Shown: positions 11,029 through 21,398 of the stretch, piece by piece
Position numbering within the stretch: the stretch's first letter is position 1
How the letters are laid out: each line of letters opens with the position of its first letter
From: an uncultured Chloroflexia bacterium
Lineage (GTDB): Bacteria; Chloroflexota; Limnocylindria; Limnocylindrales; CSP1-4
DNA: 64,000 nucleotides
Assembly: GCA_963813335.1 (NCBI GenBank)
Contig: CAWEYL010000001.1
Span: 280,797 to 344,796 of the forward strand
Reading direction: 5' to 3'
Notes under the pieces: generated by a model
The model's input: only the letters and a program-made list of their open reading frames with translations
What the model was told of the DNA's origin: nothing
Database searches by the model: none
Made by a program: the position numbers and the translations under genes

Positions 11029-12471
11029 GTGGCTCGAGCCGAGAGTCGCTACGTCTGCCAGAGCTGCGGTGAAGCCTTCCTGCGCTGGGAGGGCCAATGC
11101 CGTGCCTGCGGCGGCTGGAACAGCCTGGTCGAGACCGTCATCCGCTCGCCGGGCCGCGCCGAGCGTGCCATGGCGCGGGTCACGGGCCCCTCGGACCGCC
11201 CGACCCCCACGCCACTGAGCGCGGTCGCCGAGGAGACCGTCCCGCGCCGCGCGATCGGGATCGGGGAGCTGGACCGGGTGCTCGGCGGCGGCCTGGTCGC
11301 CGGCGCCGTCGTCCTGCTCGGCGGCGAGCCCGGGATCGGCAAGTCCACGCTCCTCCTGCAGTCGACCGCCGGCCTGGTCGCCGACGCCGGGTCGGCCGGG
11401 GCGCTCTATGCGACGGGAGAGGAATCGGCATCGCAGGTCCGCCTGCGCGCGGCCAGGCTCGGGCTGCTCGACGGCGAGGTCGGGGCGCGGATCCGGATCC
11501 TCGCCGAGAACGACATCGACCGCGTGATCGAGGCCGCCCGAGCCGAGCCGCCGGCTGTCCTCGTGGTCGACTCCGTCCAGACCGCGATGGTCGCCGAGCT
11601 CGATGGCGCGCCGGGCAGCGTCGGCCAGGTCCGCGAGGCGACGCTCCGGCTGATGGCCTTCGCGAAGGGGGAGGGGATCGCGGTGATCCTGGCCGGTCAC
11701 GTCACCAAGGACGGGTCGATCGCCGGCCCCAAGACCCTCGAGCACCTCGTCGACGCGGTCCTGAGCCTCGAAGGCGAGCGGACGTCGGCGCTGCGCCTGC
11801 TGCGCGCCACCAAGAACCGCTTCGGGTCCACCGAGGAGGTCGGCGTCTTCGAGATGGGGGAGCACGGCCTCGCCGAGGTGACCGACCCGGCCCGGGCATT
11901 CCTGGCCGATCACGACGAGCCGGCACCGGGCAGCGTCATCGCGCCGACGCTCGAGGGCAGCCGCCCGCTGCTGGTCGAGGTCCAGGCCCTGGTCGCGGCC
12001 GCCCGGTACGGCTCGCCGACGCGGCGCGCCAGCGGGCTCGACCCGAACCGGCTCAGCCTCCTGCTCGCGGTGCTGGGGCGCCGTGCGGGCATCGGCCTGG
12101 CGGGCCACGACGTCTATGCGAACCTCGCCGGCGGGCTCACGGTCGTCGAACCGGGGCTGGACCTGCCCCTCGCCCTCGCCCTCGCTTCGTCCCTGCGCGA
12201 CCGGCCGGTGGGTCCGGGGCTCGTCGCCATCGGCGAGGTCGGCCTGCTCGGGGAGCTGCGCCCAGTCCCCGGCCTGGACCGCCGTCTGCGCGAGGCGGCG
12301 CGGCTCGGCTTCGGGCGCGCGATCGTGCCCCGGTCCGCGCCGGGCGGACGGTCCGCCACGGCCCCGGACATCGAGGTCATCGCCGTCGCCACGCTCGCCG
12401 ACGCCATCCGCGCCGCGCTCGGCGCCGGTTCGACGGGGCGTGGCGAGCCCGTGCCGGCGATGCTAGGCTGA
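11029..12471 (+). CDS. radA: DNA repair protein RadA/Sms
   Basis: N-terminal zinc finger CQSCG...CRACGGWNS, Walker A GGEPGIGKST, KNRFG motif, Lon-like C-terminal domain. Confidence 0.95.
   Translation: MARAESRYVCQSCGEAFLRWEGQCRACGGWNSLVETVIRSPGRAERAMARVTGPSDRPTPTPLSAVAEETVPRRAIGIGELDRVLGGGLVAGAVVLLGGEPGIGKSTLLLQSTAGLVADAGSAGALYATGEESASQVRLRAARLGLLDGEVGARIRILAENDIDRVIEAARAEPPAVLVVDSVQTAMVAELDGAPGSVGQVREATLRLMAFAKGEGIAVILAGHVTKDGSIAGPKTLEHLVDAVLSLEGERTSALRLLRATKNRFGSTEEVGVFEMGEHGLAEVTDPARAFLADHDEPAPGSVIAPTLEGSRPLLVEVQALVAAARYGSPTRRASGLDPNRLSLLLAVLGRRAGIGLAGHDVYANLAGGLTVVEPGLDLPLALALASSLRDRPVGPGLVAIGEVGLLGELRPVPGLDRRLREAARLGFGRAIVPRSAPGGRSATAPDIEVIAVATLADAIRAALGAGSTGRGEPVPAMLG
12461..12469 (+). 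promoter_or_regulatory. Candidate extended -10 (TGcTAGGCT) inside the last radA codons
   Basis: cgaTGcTAGGCTga, 60 nt upstream of the PIN/TRAM gene TTG start. Confidence 0.25.
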
Positions 12472-12529
12472 CGCACCCGTCCGGACCGTTCCGGGTGCGG
12501 GGACGCCGGCACACTCCGAGAGGGAGTCG

Positions 12530-13591
12530 TTGATCCGTTACATCCGTGTCCTGGGCGCCCTGCTCGGAGGGTCGATCGGGCTCGTCCTGGCGACGACCGG
12601 CACCGGGCTGTTCCACGACTACGACGCCTCCGGTGCGCTCGTCGCCCTGTGGGTCGTGGCCTGGATGGTCGTCGGGTTCGGCGTGCTCCCCTACCTCACG
12701 GTCGTCCCGGCAACGTGGCTGATCCGTCGGGTCGAGGCGCTCTCGACCGCCGAGTTCGTGACCGCGATCGTCGGCCTCCTCATCGGGCTCCTGCTCGGCC
12801 TCCTCCTTGGGTTGCCCCTGTCGCGGCTCCCCGACCCGTTCGGGACGTGGCTGCCGCTCGGCGTCTCGATCTTCCTCGGGCTCGGGATGCTCGGCCTGAC
12901 CGTGGCCAAGCGACAGGACCTCCTGATCGCCGCGGAGGCCATGGGCTTCCTCCGCCGGCCGCCGGCAGAGCCCGCCGAGGGCCGCCTGACCGGGGAGCCG
13001 CACATCATCGTGGACACGAGCGCGATCATCGACGGGCGCATCGCGGAGATCGTCGAATTGGGGTTCATCTACGGCACCCTCGTCGTGCCGCGCATCGTGC
13101 TCGACGAGCTGCAGCACATCGCCGACAGCTCCGACACGCTCCGCCGCAATCGGGGCCGGCGCGGTCTCGAGATCCTGTCGCGCATGCAGAAGGACCCCGG
13201 GACCCCGGTCGAGATCATCGAGGACGACGTTCCCGACGTGGCCGAGGTCGACGCCAAGCTGGTCGCGCTCGCCCGCGCCCGGAGCCGCGTGATCCTGACC
13301 AATGACTACAACCTGAACCGCGTCGCCGAGCTGCAGGGCGTCCGGGTCATGAACATCAACTCGCTGGCGAACGCGGTGAAGCCCGCCGTGCTGCCGGGCG
13401 AGGAGCTCCGCGTGCGGGTCATCCAGGAGGGCAAGGAGGCCGGCCAGGGCGTCGGGTTCCTCGACGACGGCACGATGATCGTGGTCGAGGGCGGCGCGCG
13501 ACACATCGACCACGACGTCGACGTGTCGGTGACCCGCGTGCTCCAGACCGTGGCCGGCAGGATGATCTTCGCCCAGCCGCGACTCGATTGA
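12530..13591 (+). CDS. PIN/TRAM domain membrane protein (YacL-like)
   Basis: N-terminal hydrophobic helices, PIN (IIVDTSAIIDGRI...LTNDYNLNRVA), C-terminal TRAM (GVGFLDDGTMIVVEGG). TTG start preceded by GAGAGGGAG. Confidence 0.85.
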   Translation: MIRYIRVLGALLGGSIGLVLATTGTGLFHDYDASGALVALWVVAWMVVGFGVLPYLTVVPATWLIRRVEALSTAEFVTAIVGLLIGLLLGLLLGLPLSRLPDPFGTWLPLGVSIFLGLGMLGLTVAKRQDLLIAAEAMGFLRRPPAEPAEGRLTGEPHIIVDTSAIIDGRIAEIVELGFIYGTLVVPRIVLDELQHIADSSDTLRRNRGRRGLEILSRMQKDPGTPVEIIEDDVPDVAEVDAKLVALARARSRVILTNDYNLNRVAELQGVRVMNINSLANAVKPAVLPGEELRVRVIQEGKEAGQGVGFLDDGTMIVVEGGARHIDHDVDVSVTRVLQTVAGRMIFAQPRLD

Positions 13592-14832
13592 GCGCGGCCG
13601 CGCCCCGCGGCCCGGCGGGCGGGTCGCCCGTGGCGGATGCCATCGTCGTCGCCGCCGGCCGCTCGGCCCGGATGGGCGGCACCGACAAGCTGTACGCCCC
13701 CGTCGCCGGCCGCCCGCTGCTGGCCTGGACACTCGAGGCGCTCGCGGCCGTGGCCGAGGTCGAGCGGATCGTGGTCGTGACGGCCGCGGACCGGACCGAG
13801 GCGGTCCGCCGCGGCGACTGGCTGCCGGCCAAGGTCGTCGCGGTCGTCGACGGCGGCGACCGCCGCCAGGCGTCCGTCGCCGCCGGGCTCCAGGCACTCG
13901 ATGGCGCGCCTCTCGCGGCGGACGGTGACGCCCGGGCCCGCGCTGCCCGGGTCGTCCTCGTCCACGACGGGGCGCGTCCCCTCGTGTCGCCGGGCCTCGT
14001 CCGCGAGGTCATCCGGGCGACTGCCGCGCACGGTGCCGCGATCCCGGTGCTGCCGGTCGCGGAGACGCTCAAGCGGATCGAGGGCGAGCGCGTGGCCGGG
14101 ACCGTCGACCGCGACGGGCTGGCGTCCGCGCAGACCCCCCAGGGGATCCGGGCCGACGTGTTCCGGGCGGCGCTCTCGCGCTATCCGGCGGACGGGCCCG
14201 AGACGTGGACCGACGAGGCCTCCCTGCTGGAGGCCTGTACCATCGAGGTCCATGTCGTGCCTGGTGACCCGAGCAATCTCAAGGTGACGCTGCCCGCCGA
14301 CCTCGCCCGGGTCTCGCAGGCGCTCGAGCGCGGCGCCGCGCGCCGCACCGGCATCGGCCACGACTCGCACCCGTTCGGACCCGGCGAGCCACTCGCGCTC
14401 GGGGGGATCCGCATCGCCGGCGCGCCGCGCCTGTATGGCCATTCCGATGGCGACGTCGCCCTGCACGCGGTCTGCGACGCGATCCTCGGGGCGGCCGGCC
14501 TGGGCGATCTCGGGCGGCTCTTCCCGGCCGGGCCATCGACGCCGGCGGGCGTCGAGAGCGCCGCGCTCCTGGCGGACGTGGTCGAACGGGCCGCCGCCGC
14601 CGGCTGGCGGGTGGCAGCGCTCGACCTCACGATCGTCGGTGCGCGCCCGCGTCTCGGCGCGCACCTCGACGCGATGCGCGCGGCCATCGCGTCGCTGGCC
14701 GCCGTCGAACCGGGCGCGGTCAACGTCAAGGCGTCGACCGGCAACCTCGACGGGTCCGACGGCGCCGGGCGGACGGTGTCGGCGCTCGCGCTGGCCACCC
14801 TCGTGGCGGACGCGCGGGAGCGGGCCTCATGA
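13588..14832 (+). CDS. ispDF: Bifunctional IspD/IspF (MEP cytidylyltransferase / MEcPP synthase)
   Basis: IspD motif VVAAGRSARMGGTDKL and IspF motif GIGHDSHPF...GHSDGDVALHA in one ORF. The start is uncertain (TTG 13588 or GTG 13630). Confidence 0.9.
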   Translation: MSAAAPRGPAGGSPVADAIVVAAGRSARMGGTDKLYAPVAGRPLLAWTLEALAAVAEVERIVVVTAADRTEAVRRGDWLPAKVVAVVDGGDRRQASVAAGLQALDGAPLAADGDARARAARVVLVHDGARPLVSPGLVREVIRATAAHGAAIPVLPVAETLKRIEGERVAGTVDRDGLASAQTPQGIRADVFRAALSRYPADGPETWTDEASLLEACTIEVHVVPGDPSNLKVTLPADLARVSQALERGAARRTGIGHDSHPFGPGEPLALGGIRIAGAPRLYGHSDGDVALHAVCDAILGAAGLGDLGRLFPAGPSTPAGVESAALLADVVERAAAAGWRVAALDLTIVGARPRLGAHLDAMRAAIASLAAVEPGAVNVKASTGNLDGSDGAGRTVSALALATLVADARERAS

Positions 14833-16238
14833 CGCTGCGGCTGCACGACACGCTGTCGGGTGAGACGAGGCCGCTGGCACCGCTCGACGGCGAGACGGTC
14901 CGCATGTACTCGTGCGGGCCGACCGTCTACGGCCCGGCGCACATCGGCAACTTCCGCTCGTTCCTGTTCGCCGACCTGCTGGTCCGCTACCTGCGCTGGC
15001 GCGGCCAGCCCGTCCGCTGGGTGATGAACATCACCGACATCGACGACAAGATCATCCGTGGCGCGGCGGCGGCGGGCGTCTCGATCGGCGAGCTCGCCGA
15101 TCGCTATCTCGCGGGGTTCCTCGAGGACGCCGCGGCCCTGCGGATGACGACGCCCGACGTCCTGCCGCGGGCGACCGAGCACATCGACGAGATCGTGGCC
15201 CTCATCACCACGCTGCTCGACGGCGAGCATGCCTACCGGACGGACGACGGCTCGATCTTCTTTCGGATCGCCTCGTGGCCGGCGTACGGCCGGCTCGCCC
15301 GACTCGACCCGGAACAGCTCCGTGTCGGCGAGCGTGTCGAGGCCGACGAGTACGCGAAGGACGACGTCCGCGACTTCGCGCTCTGGAAAGGGCCCAAGCC
15401 GGGTGAGCCGAGCTGGGACACGGCGATCGGCCCGGGGCGCCCCGGCTGGCACATCGAGTGCTCCGCGATGAGCATGGCCCACCTGGGGCCGTCCTTCGAC
15501 ATCCACACCGGCGGTGTCGACCTGATCTTCCCGCACCACGAGGACGAGATCGCCCAGAGCGAGGCCGCGACCGGGCAGCCGTTCGTCGCGACCTGGCTCC
15601 ACTGCGCCCACCTCCAGATGGGCGGCGCCAAGATGGCCAAGTCGCTCGGGAACATCGCCCGTGTCGGCGACCTTCTCGCCCAGGGGATCTCCCCCCGAGC
15701 GCTGCGCTACGCGCTCATCGCGGTCCACTACCGCGCCCGGCTCGACTCGTCCGAGGCATCGCTCGCCGCGGCCGGCGCGGCGGTCGCCCGGCTCGATGCG
15801 GCACTGGCCGCCCTCGACGCCTACCGCGAGGACCGACCCGACGATCCGACGATCGCCGACCTGCTGGCGAGCGCGCGGACGGCCTTCGCGGACGCGCTCG
15901 ATGACGACCTCAACATCTCAGCCGGGCTGGCGGCCGTGTTCGATCTGGTCCGCGAGTCGAACCGGCGGATCGAGGCGCGATCGATCTCGACCGCCGACGC
16001 GGCCGCGATCGCGGACGGGCTGCGCGACCTCGACCGGGTCCTCGGGGTCCTGCCCGACGGCGAGGCGCTGGATCCGGAGAGCGCCGCGCTCCTCGAAGCG
16101 CGGGCCGCGGCGCGGGCGGCCCGCGACTGGGCCGGATCCGACCGGCTTCGCGACGAGCTGGTGGCCCGCGGGATCGCCGTCGAGGACACGCGCGACGGTC
16201 AGCGCTGGCGGCGTCTCGAGGCGGTCGGCCGTGGCTGA
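14829..16238 (+). CDS. cysS: Cysteine--tRNA ligase
   Basis: CGPTVYGPAHIGN (HIGH), WHIECS, KMAKSLGN (KMSKS). The ATG overlaps the ispDF stop (ATGA). Confidence 0.95.
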   Translation: MTLRLHDTLSGETRPLAPLDGETVRMYSCGPTVYGPAHIGNFRSFLFADLLVRYLRWRGQPVRWVMNITDIDDKIIRGAAAAGVSIGELADRYLAGFLEDAAALRMTTPDVLPRATEHIDEIVALITTLLDGEHAYRTDDGSIFFRIASWPAYGRLARLDPEQLRVGERVEADEYAKDDVRDFALWKGPKPGEPSWDTAIGPGRPGWHIECSAMSMAHLGPSFDIHTGGVDLIFPHHEDEIAQSEAATGQPFVATWLHCAHLQMGGAKMAKSLGNIARVGDLLAQGISPRALRYALIAVHYRARLDSSEASLAAAGAAVARLDAALAALDAYREDRPDDPTIADLLASARTAFADALDDDLNISAGLAAVFDLVRESNRRIEARSISTADAAAIADGLRDLDRVLGVLPDGEALDPESAALLEARAAARAARDWAGSDRLRDELVARGIAVEDTRDGQRWRRLEAVGRG

Positions 16239-18105
16239 CAAGCCGCGCAACGACGATCCAGACCGCCGTCCGAGACCCAGCGGTGGGGGGAAGGGGCACG
16301 GCGGTGCGCCGCGGTCGGGTCCACCCCGCTCCGGCGCGCCACGGTCCGGTCCGCCGCGGTCCGGCCCGCCGCGCTCGGGACCGCCCCGATCAGGGCCGCC
16401 CGGTCGCCCGCCTGGCGCCTACGAACCCGATCGCCGTCCGCCCGGCGGCAGCTTCGACGGCCCACCGCGCCACGGCGCACCGCGCCACGACGGTCCGCCG
16501 CGGCCGTACGACCGTGGGCCGCGTCGCCCGCCGGGACCCCCGTCGGACCGGCGGCCACCCCAGCATCGCGGCGGCCCGTCCGACGGGCCGCCGGAGCACC
16601 GCGGCCACCGGCCTCCGGACCATGCCGCCGACCGATCGACCTACGACCGGCCGTTCCGCTCGGACGACCGACCGCGACCCCCCGATCGCGACCGACCGTT
16701 CGAACGCGGCCGTCCTCCGGACCACCGGCGTCCGCCGGACCGCGGCCGCCCGCCCGGCTACGACCGCCCGCGCGGTCCCGGCCGACCAGGTCCGTGGGCC
16801 CGCGACGCGCGTCCCCCCTATCCGGGTCGCGGACCCGGCCCACGGCCGGACCGACCGTTCCAGCCGACGCCGGCGCTGCCCCCGCCCGACCTCATCGGCG
16901 CGGATGAGGAGCTGATCGCCGGCCGCCGTCCGGTCGAGGAGGCCTTCGCCGCTCGCCGGGAGGCCCGCCGCCTGCTCGTCGTGCCGCAACGCCGCCAGGC
17001 CCTCGAGCGCCTCGTGCTCCATGCCACGAGCCTGCGCATCCCCATCGTCGAGCTGGAGGGCGGGTCGCTGACGGCGCTCGCGGGCTTCGACGGCCATCAG
17101 GGGATCGGGCTCGTCGTCGCGCCGCGGCAGTGGGCGACCATCGAGGACATCCTTGCCCGCGCCCTCGAGCGCGGCGAGCCACCGTTCGTGCTGGTCCTGG
17201 ACTCGCTCGAGGATCCGCAGAACGTCGGGACCCTCCTGCGCAGCGCCGAGGCCGCGGGGATCCACGGGGTCCTCTTCCCGACCCACCGCCAGGCGCCGCT
17301 CACCCCCTCCGCGGTGAAAGCCTCGGCGGGAGCGACCGAGCACCTCCTGCTCTGCCCGGTCGATGACCTCGCCGGCGGGCTTGCCGACCTCCATGTGCGC
17401 GGCCTGCGGGTCGCGGGCGCCGAGGCCGACGCCGCGCTCACGGTCCGGCAGAGCGACCTTCGCGGACCGCTGGCCATCGTGGTCGGGAGCGAGGGCCAGG
17501 GCCTCGGTCCGGCCGTGCGTCGGCGCTGCGACCTGTTCATGCGGATCCCCATGCGCGGGGCGATCGGTTCGCTGAACGCCGCGGTCGCGGGGTCGATCCT
17601 GCTCTTCGAGGCCTTGTCGCAGCGAGACCCGGACGGTCGCTCGACGCCGCCGCTGCCCTTCGATGCCCCGAGGATGTCCGAACCCGACGAGGCGGCACGC
17701 GTGGACGGCTCCGCCGACGCAGACGCGATCGCCGGCGCGACGGCCGCGGAGGAGGTCGTGGCCGCCACCGTGCCGCCATCGAAACGGACGCGGCCGGCGA
17801 AGGCCGCGGGCCCGGTCAGGGTCGAGAAGCCGGCCAGGGCGGCAGCGCCAACCAAGGCCGCGACGGCAACGAAGGCCGAGAAGCCGGCCAAGGCCGAGAA
17901 GCCGGTCAAGGCCGACAAGCCACCGAAGGCCGACAAGCCACCGAAGGCCGAGAAGGCACCGAAGGCCGGAAAGCCAGCCAAGGCCGCGAAGCCGGCCAAG
18001 GCGACGTCGCCGGTCCACGACGACCTGCTTCCCGGCGAGCCGGCAGCGCCGCCGTCCGCCCCGCCGGCGGCGAGGACGAGGAAGCCGCGCACCCCCCGCG
18101 CTTGA
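16231..18105 (+). CDS. rlmB: 23S rRNA (Gm2251) 2'-O-methyltransferase RlmB/SpoU family with long disordered N- and C-terminal extensions
   Basis: SpoU core DPQNVGTLLRSAEAAGIHG...IVVGSEGQGL...IPMRGAIGSLNAAVAGSILLFE. GTG 16231 is the only ATG/GTG/TTG in frame upstream of the domain. Confidence 0.8.
   Translation: MADKPRNDDPDRRPRPSGGGKGHGGAPRSGPPRSGAPRSGPPRSGPPRSGPPRSGPPGRPPGAYEPDRRPPGGSFDGPPRHGAPRHDGPPRPYDRGPRRPPGPPSDRRPPQHRGGPSDGPPEHRGHRPPDHAADRSTYDRPFRSDDRPRPPDRDRPFERGRPPDHRRPPDRGRPPGYDRPRGPGRPGPWARDARPPYPGRGPGPRPDRPFQPTPALPPPDLIGADEELIAGRRPVEEAFAARREARRLLVVPQRRQALERLVLHATSLRIPIVELEGGSLTALAGFDGHQGIGLVVAPRQWATIEDILARALERGEPPFVLVLDSLEDPQNVGTLLRSAEAAGIHGVLFPTHRQAPLTPSAVKASAGATEHLLLCPVDDLAGGLADLHVRGLRVAGAEADAALTVRQSDLRGPLAIVVGSEGQGLGPAVRRRCDLFMRIPMRGAIGSLNAAVAGSILLFEALSQRDPDGRSTPPLPFDAPRMSEPDEAARVDGSADADAIAGATAAEEVVAATVPPSKRTRPAKAAGPVRVEKPARAAAPTKAATATKAEKPAKAEKPVKADKPPKADKPPKAEKAPKAGKPAKAAKPAKATSPVHDDLLPGEPAAPPSAPPAARTRKPRTPRA
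16306..16395 (+). repeat. Six tandem 15-nt units encoding (A/P)PRSG
   Basis: APRSG PPRSG APRSG PPRSG PPRSG PPRSG. Codons differ between units (cgg/cgc/cga, tcg/tcc/tca). Confidence 0.85.
17821..18005 (+). repeat. Lys/Ala/Pro-rich coding repeats (KAEKPAKAEKPVKADKPPKADKPPKAEKAPKAGKPAKAAKPAKA)
   Basis: Repeated AAGGCCGA(G/C)AAGCC(G/A) periodicity in the rlmB 3' region. Confidence 0.8.
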
Positions 18106-18179
18106 CCGGTCCCCGCAGGCGGCCATATCATTCCCCGGCGCCGGAATCTGGTCCTCTGCGGTAAGGCCTTGCCCGTCGC

Positions 18180-18255
18180 GCCGACGTAGCTCAATTGGTA
18201 GAGCAGCGGTTTTGTAAACCGCAGGTTCCGGGTTCGAGTCCCGTCGTCGGCTCCA
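18180..18255 (+). tRNA. tRNA-Thr (anticodon TGT)
   Basis: Acceptor GCCGACG/CGTCGGC, anticodon stem GCGGT/ACCGC with loop TTTGTAA, T-arm GGTTCGAGTCC, CCA. Confidence 0.93.
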
Positions 18256-18321
18256 GCGCACATCCAATCGGTGGCCGGATCCACCTCGGGCCGCAGCTCG
18301 ATCCGGCGCCGCCGCCACAGT

Positions 18322-18403
18322 GGGTCGGTTGAGCAACGGCGGCTCGCCTGGCTGTAGACCAGGTCCGAAAGGCATGGGGGTTCGAATCCCTCCCGGCCCA
18401 CCA
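18322..18403 (+). tRNA. tRNA-Tyr (anticodon GTA), long variable arm
   Basis: Acceptor GGGTCGG/CCGGCCC, anticodon stem CCTGG/CCAGG with loop CTGTAGA, long variable arm, T-arm GGTTCGAATCC, CCA. Confidence 0.9.
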
Positions 18404-18432
18404 TTTTCGACATCTCTCGCGCTAGCTCCCGG

Positions 18433-18508
18433 GCCCACATAGCTCAGCTGGCAGAGCACTTCCTTGGTAAGGAAGAGGTCATCGGTTCGAGTCCGATTGT
18501 GGGCTCCA
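18433..18508 (+). tRNA. tRNA-Thr (anticodon GGT)
   Basis: Acceptor GCCCACA/TGTGGGC, anticodon stem CTTCC/GGAAG with loop TTGGTAA, T-arm GGTTCGAGTCC, CCA. Confidence 0.93.
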
Positions 18509-18584
18509 CCCACTGTCGGCTGAGCCGATCGGGGGAGCCCCGGTCCACAGCGGCATCGCCGCGACAGAAGGAGTACACGGTCAC

Positions 18585-19781
<1,197 letters not shown>

Positions 19782-19788
19782 GGACGAG

Positions 19789-19953
19789 ATGGCGAAGGTC
19801 GAAGCCCGTCCCACGATCCAGCTCGCCTGCACCGAGTGCAAGGAGCGGACGTACACGACGCGAAAGAACAAGCGCAACGATCCCAACCGGATCGAGCTCC
19901 AGAAATACTGCCCACGCTGTCGACGCCATACACTGCACCGTGAGGCCAAGTAA
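19789..19953 (+). CDS. rpmG: 50S ribosomal protein L33 (Cys4 form); too short for the ORF track
   Basis: Hand translation: [54 protein letters not shown], stop TAA. Confidence 0.9.
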   Translation: MAKVEARPTIQLACTECKERTYTTRKNKRNDPNRIELQKYCPRCRRHTLHREAK

Positions 19954-19969
19954 GCCAGGCCTCCACCGC

Positions 19970-20045
19970 AGGGGTGTAGCTCAATTGGCAGAGCACTGGT
20001 CTCCAAAACCAGCGGTTGTAGGTTCGAGTCCTATCGCCCCTGCCA
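19970..20045 (+). tRNA. tRNA-Trp (anticodon CCA)
   Basis: Acceptor AGGGGTG/CGCCCCT, anticodon loop CTCCAAA, T-arm GGTTCGAGTCC, CCA. Confidence 0.93.
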
Positions 20046-20079
20046 CTTCCGCCCGTAGCCGAAGAGAAGAACCACCGAC

Positions 20080-20268
20080 GTGAAGCGCATCCGCCGATAC
20101 TTCAGTGAAGTCGTGTCAGAACTCCGCAAGGTGTCCTGGCCGACGCTCGAGCAGGTCCGCAACCTGACCGTGCTGGTCTTCGCCATCAGCTTCGTGATCG
20201 GGCTCTACATCACTGTCCTCGACAGCTTCTTCCGAGGCGTCGTCGGCATTCTGGCCACGGCCGGCTAG
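20080..20268 (+). CDS. secE: Preprotein translocase subunit SecE
   Basis: 62 aa, ELRKVSWPT motif plus a single TM helix. Canonical position before nusG. Confidence 0.9.
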   Translation: MKRIRRYFSEVVSELRKVSWPTLEQVRNLTVLVFAISFVIGLYITVLDSFFRGVVGILATAG

Positions 20269-20278
20269 GACGACGACG

Positions 20279-20851
20279 ATGACCGAGATGACGATCGAGA
20301 CCCGGACGCCGGAGAAGCGCTGGTACGTGATCCACACGTACTCCGGGTACGAGAACAAGGTGAAGGCCAACCTCGAGCACCGCATCGAGTCGATGGGCAT
20401 GGAGGACAAGATCTTCCAGGTTCTCGTCCCGATGGAGGACGAGATCGAGATCCGCCAGGGTCAGCGCCACACCGTCCAGAAGAAGGTCTACCCGGGCTAC
20501 GTCCTCGTCGAGATGATCCTCGACCCGGACAGCTGGTTCGTCGTCCGCAACACGCCGGGCGTGACCAGCTTCGTCGGCGGCGCCAACATCCCGGGCGTCC
20601 GCAGCGAGCCCATCCCCCTCGACGAGAACGAGGTCAAGCAGATCCTGCGGCACATGGGCGTCGAGACGCCCAAGTTCCGCGTCGCCTTCACCAAGGGCCA
20701 GAGCGTCCGGGTCACCGACGGGCCGTTCGCCGAGTTCATCGGCACGGTCGACGAGGTCAACCCCGAGCGCAACAAGGTCAAGGTGCTGGTGAGCATCTTC
20801 GGCCGCGAGACCCCCGTCGAACTCGACTTCCTGCAAGTCGAGAAACTCTAG
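20279..20851 (+). CDS. nusG: Transcription termination/antitermination factor NusG
   Basis: [18 protein letters not shown] domain and a C-terminal KOW ([18 protein letters not shown]). Confidence 0.95.
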   Translation: MTEMTIETRTPEKRWYVIHTYSGYENKVKANLEHRIESMGMEDKIFQVLVPMEDEIEIRQGQRHTVQKKVYPGYVLVEMILDPDSWFVVRNTPGVTSFVGGANIPGVRSEPIPLDENEVKQILRHMGVETPKFRVAFTKGQSVRVTDGPFAEFIGTVDEVNPERNKVKVLVSIFGRETPVELDFLQVEKL

Positions 20852-20869
20852 AAAGGAACCGCGAGCCCC

Positions 20870-21295
20870 GTGGCCAAGAAGATCCGCATCGTCCTGACCC
20901 TGCAGCTGCCGGCCGGCAAGGCGACCCCCGCCCCGCCCGTCGGCACCGCGCTGGGCCCGCACGGCATCAACATCGTCGAGTTCACGAAGTCCTACAACGA
21001 GAAGACCGCTGACAAGTCGGGCCAGATCATCCCGGCCCAGATCACGATCTTCGAGGACCGCTCGTTCTCGTTCATCCTCAAGACCCCACCCGCCGCGGAC
21101 CTGCTCCGCAAGGCGGCCGGCGTCGAGAAGGGGACCGGGACCGCCAAGCGCGAGACCGTCGGCCGGGTCACCCGCGACCAGGTCCGCGAGATCGCGGCGA
21201 TCAAGATGGTCGACCTCAACGCCAACGACGTCGAGGCCGCCGCCCGCCAGATCGAGGGCACGGCCCGAAGCATGGGCATCGAGGTCGTCAACTAG
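20870..21295 (+). CDS. rplK: 50S ribosomal protein L11
   Basis: [25 protein letters not shown]. Confidence 0.96.
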   Translation: MAKKIRIVLTLQLPAGKATPAPPVGTALGPHGINIVEFTKSYNEKTADKSGQIIPAQITIFEDRSFSFILKTPPAADLLRKAAGVEKGTGTAKRETVGRVTRDQVREIAAIKMVDLNANDVEAAARQIEGTARSMGIEVVN

Positions 21296-21398
21296 GCGGT
21301 CCGCCCGCCAGCGACGCGCGACCGGCCGCGCAGACCAGCCGGACGCCCACCCCGCGCAAGGGGGAGGTCGGGCTCGACCCGACCGCCAGGAGGTTCAC

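Noticed and set aside
14780-14830. A T-box leader or other riboswitch upstream of cysS.
   Set aside because: The cysS ATG overlaps the ispDF stop codon, so there is no leader at all.
16283-16915. An alternative-frame 210-aa ORF inside the rlmB 5' region, as a separate gene.
   Set aside because: The frame continuous with the SpoU domain is open from GTG 16231 and is the only way to initiate the enzyme. The alternative frame gives an Arg/Thr/Ala-rich string with no features.
18106-18584. The tRNA-Thr/Tyr/Thr cluster as an integration hotspot (prophage or island att site).
   Set aside because: No integrase, no direct repeats of tRNA 3' ends, and no foreign-looking DNA nearby. The cluster leads straight into tuf-rpmG, a widespread ancestral arrangement.
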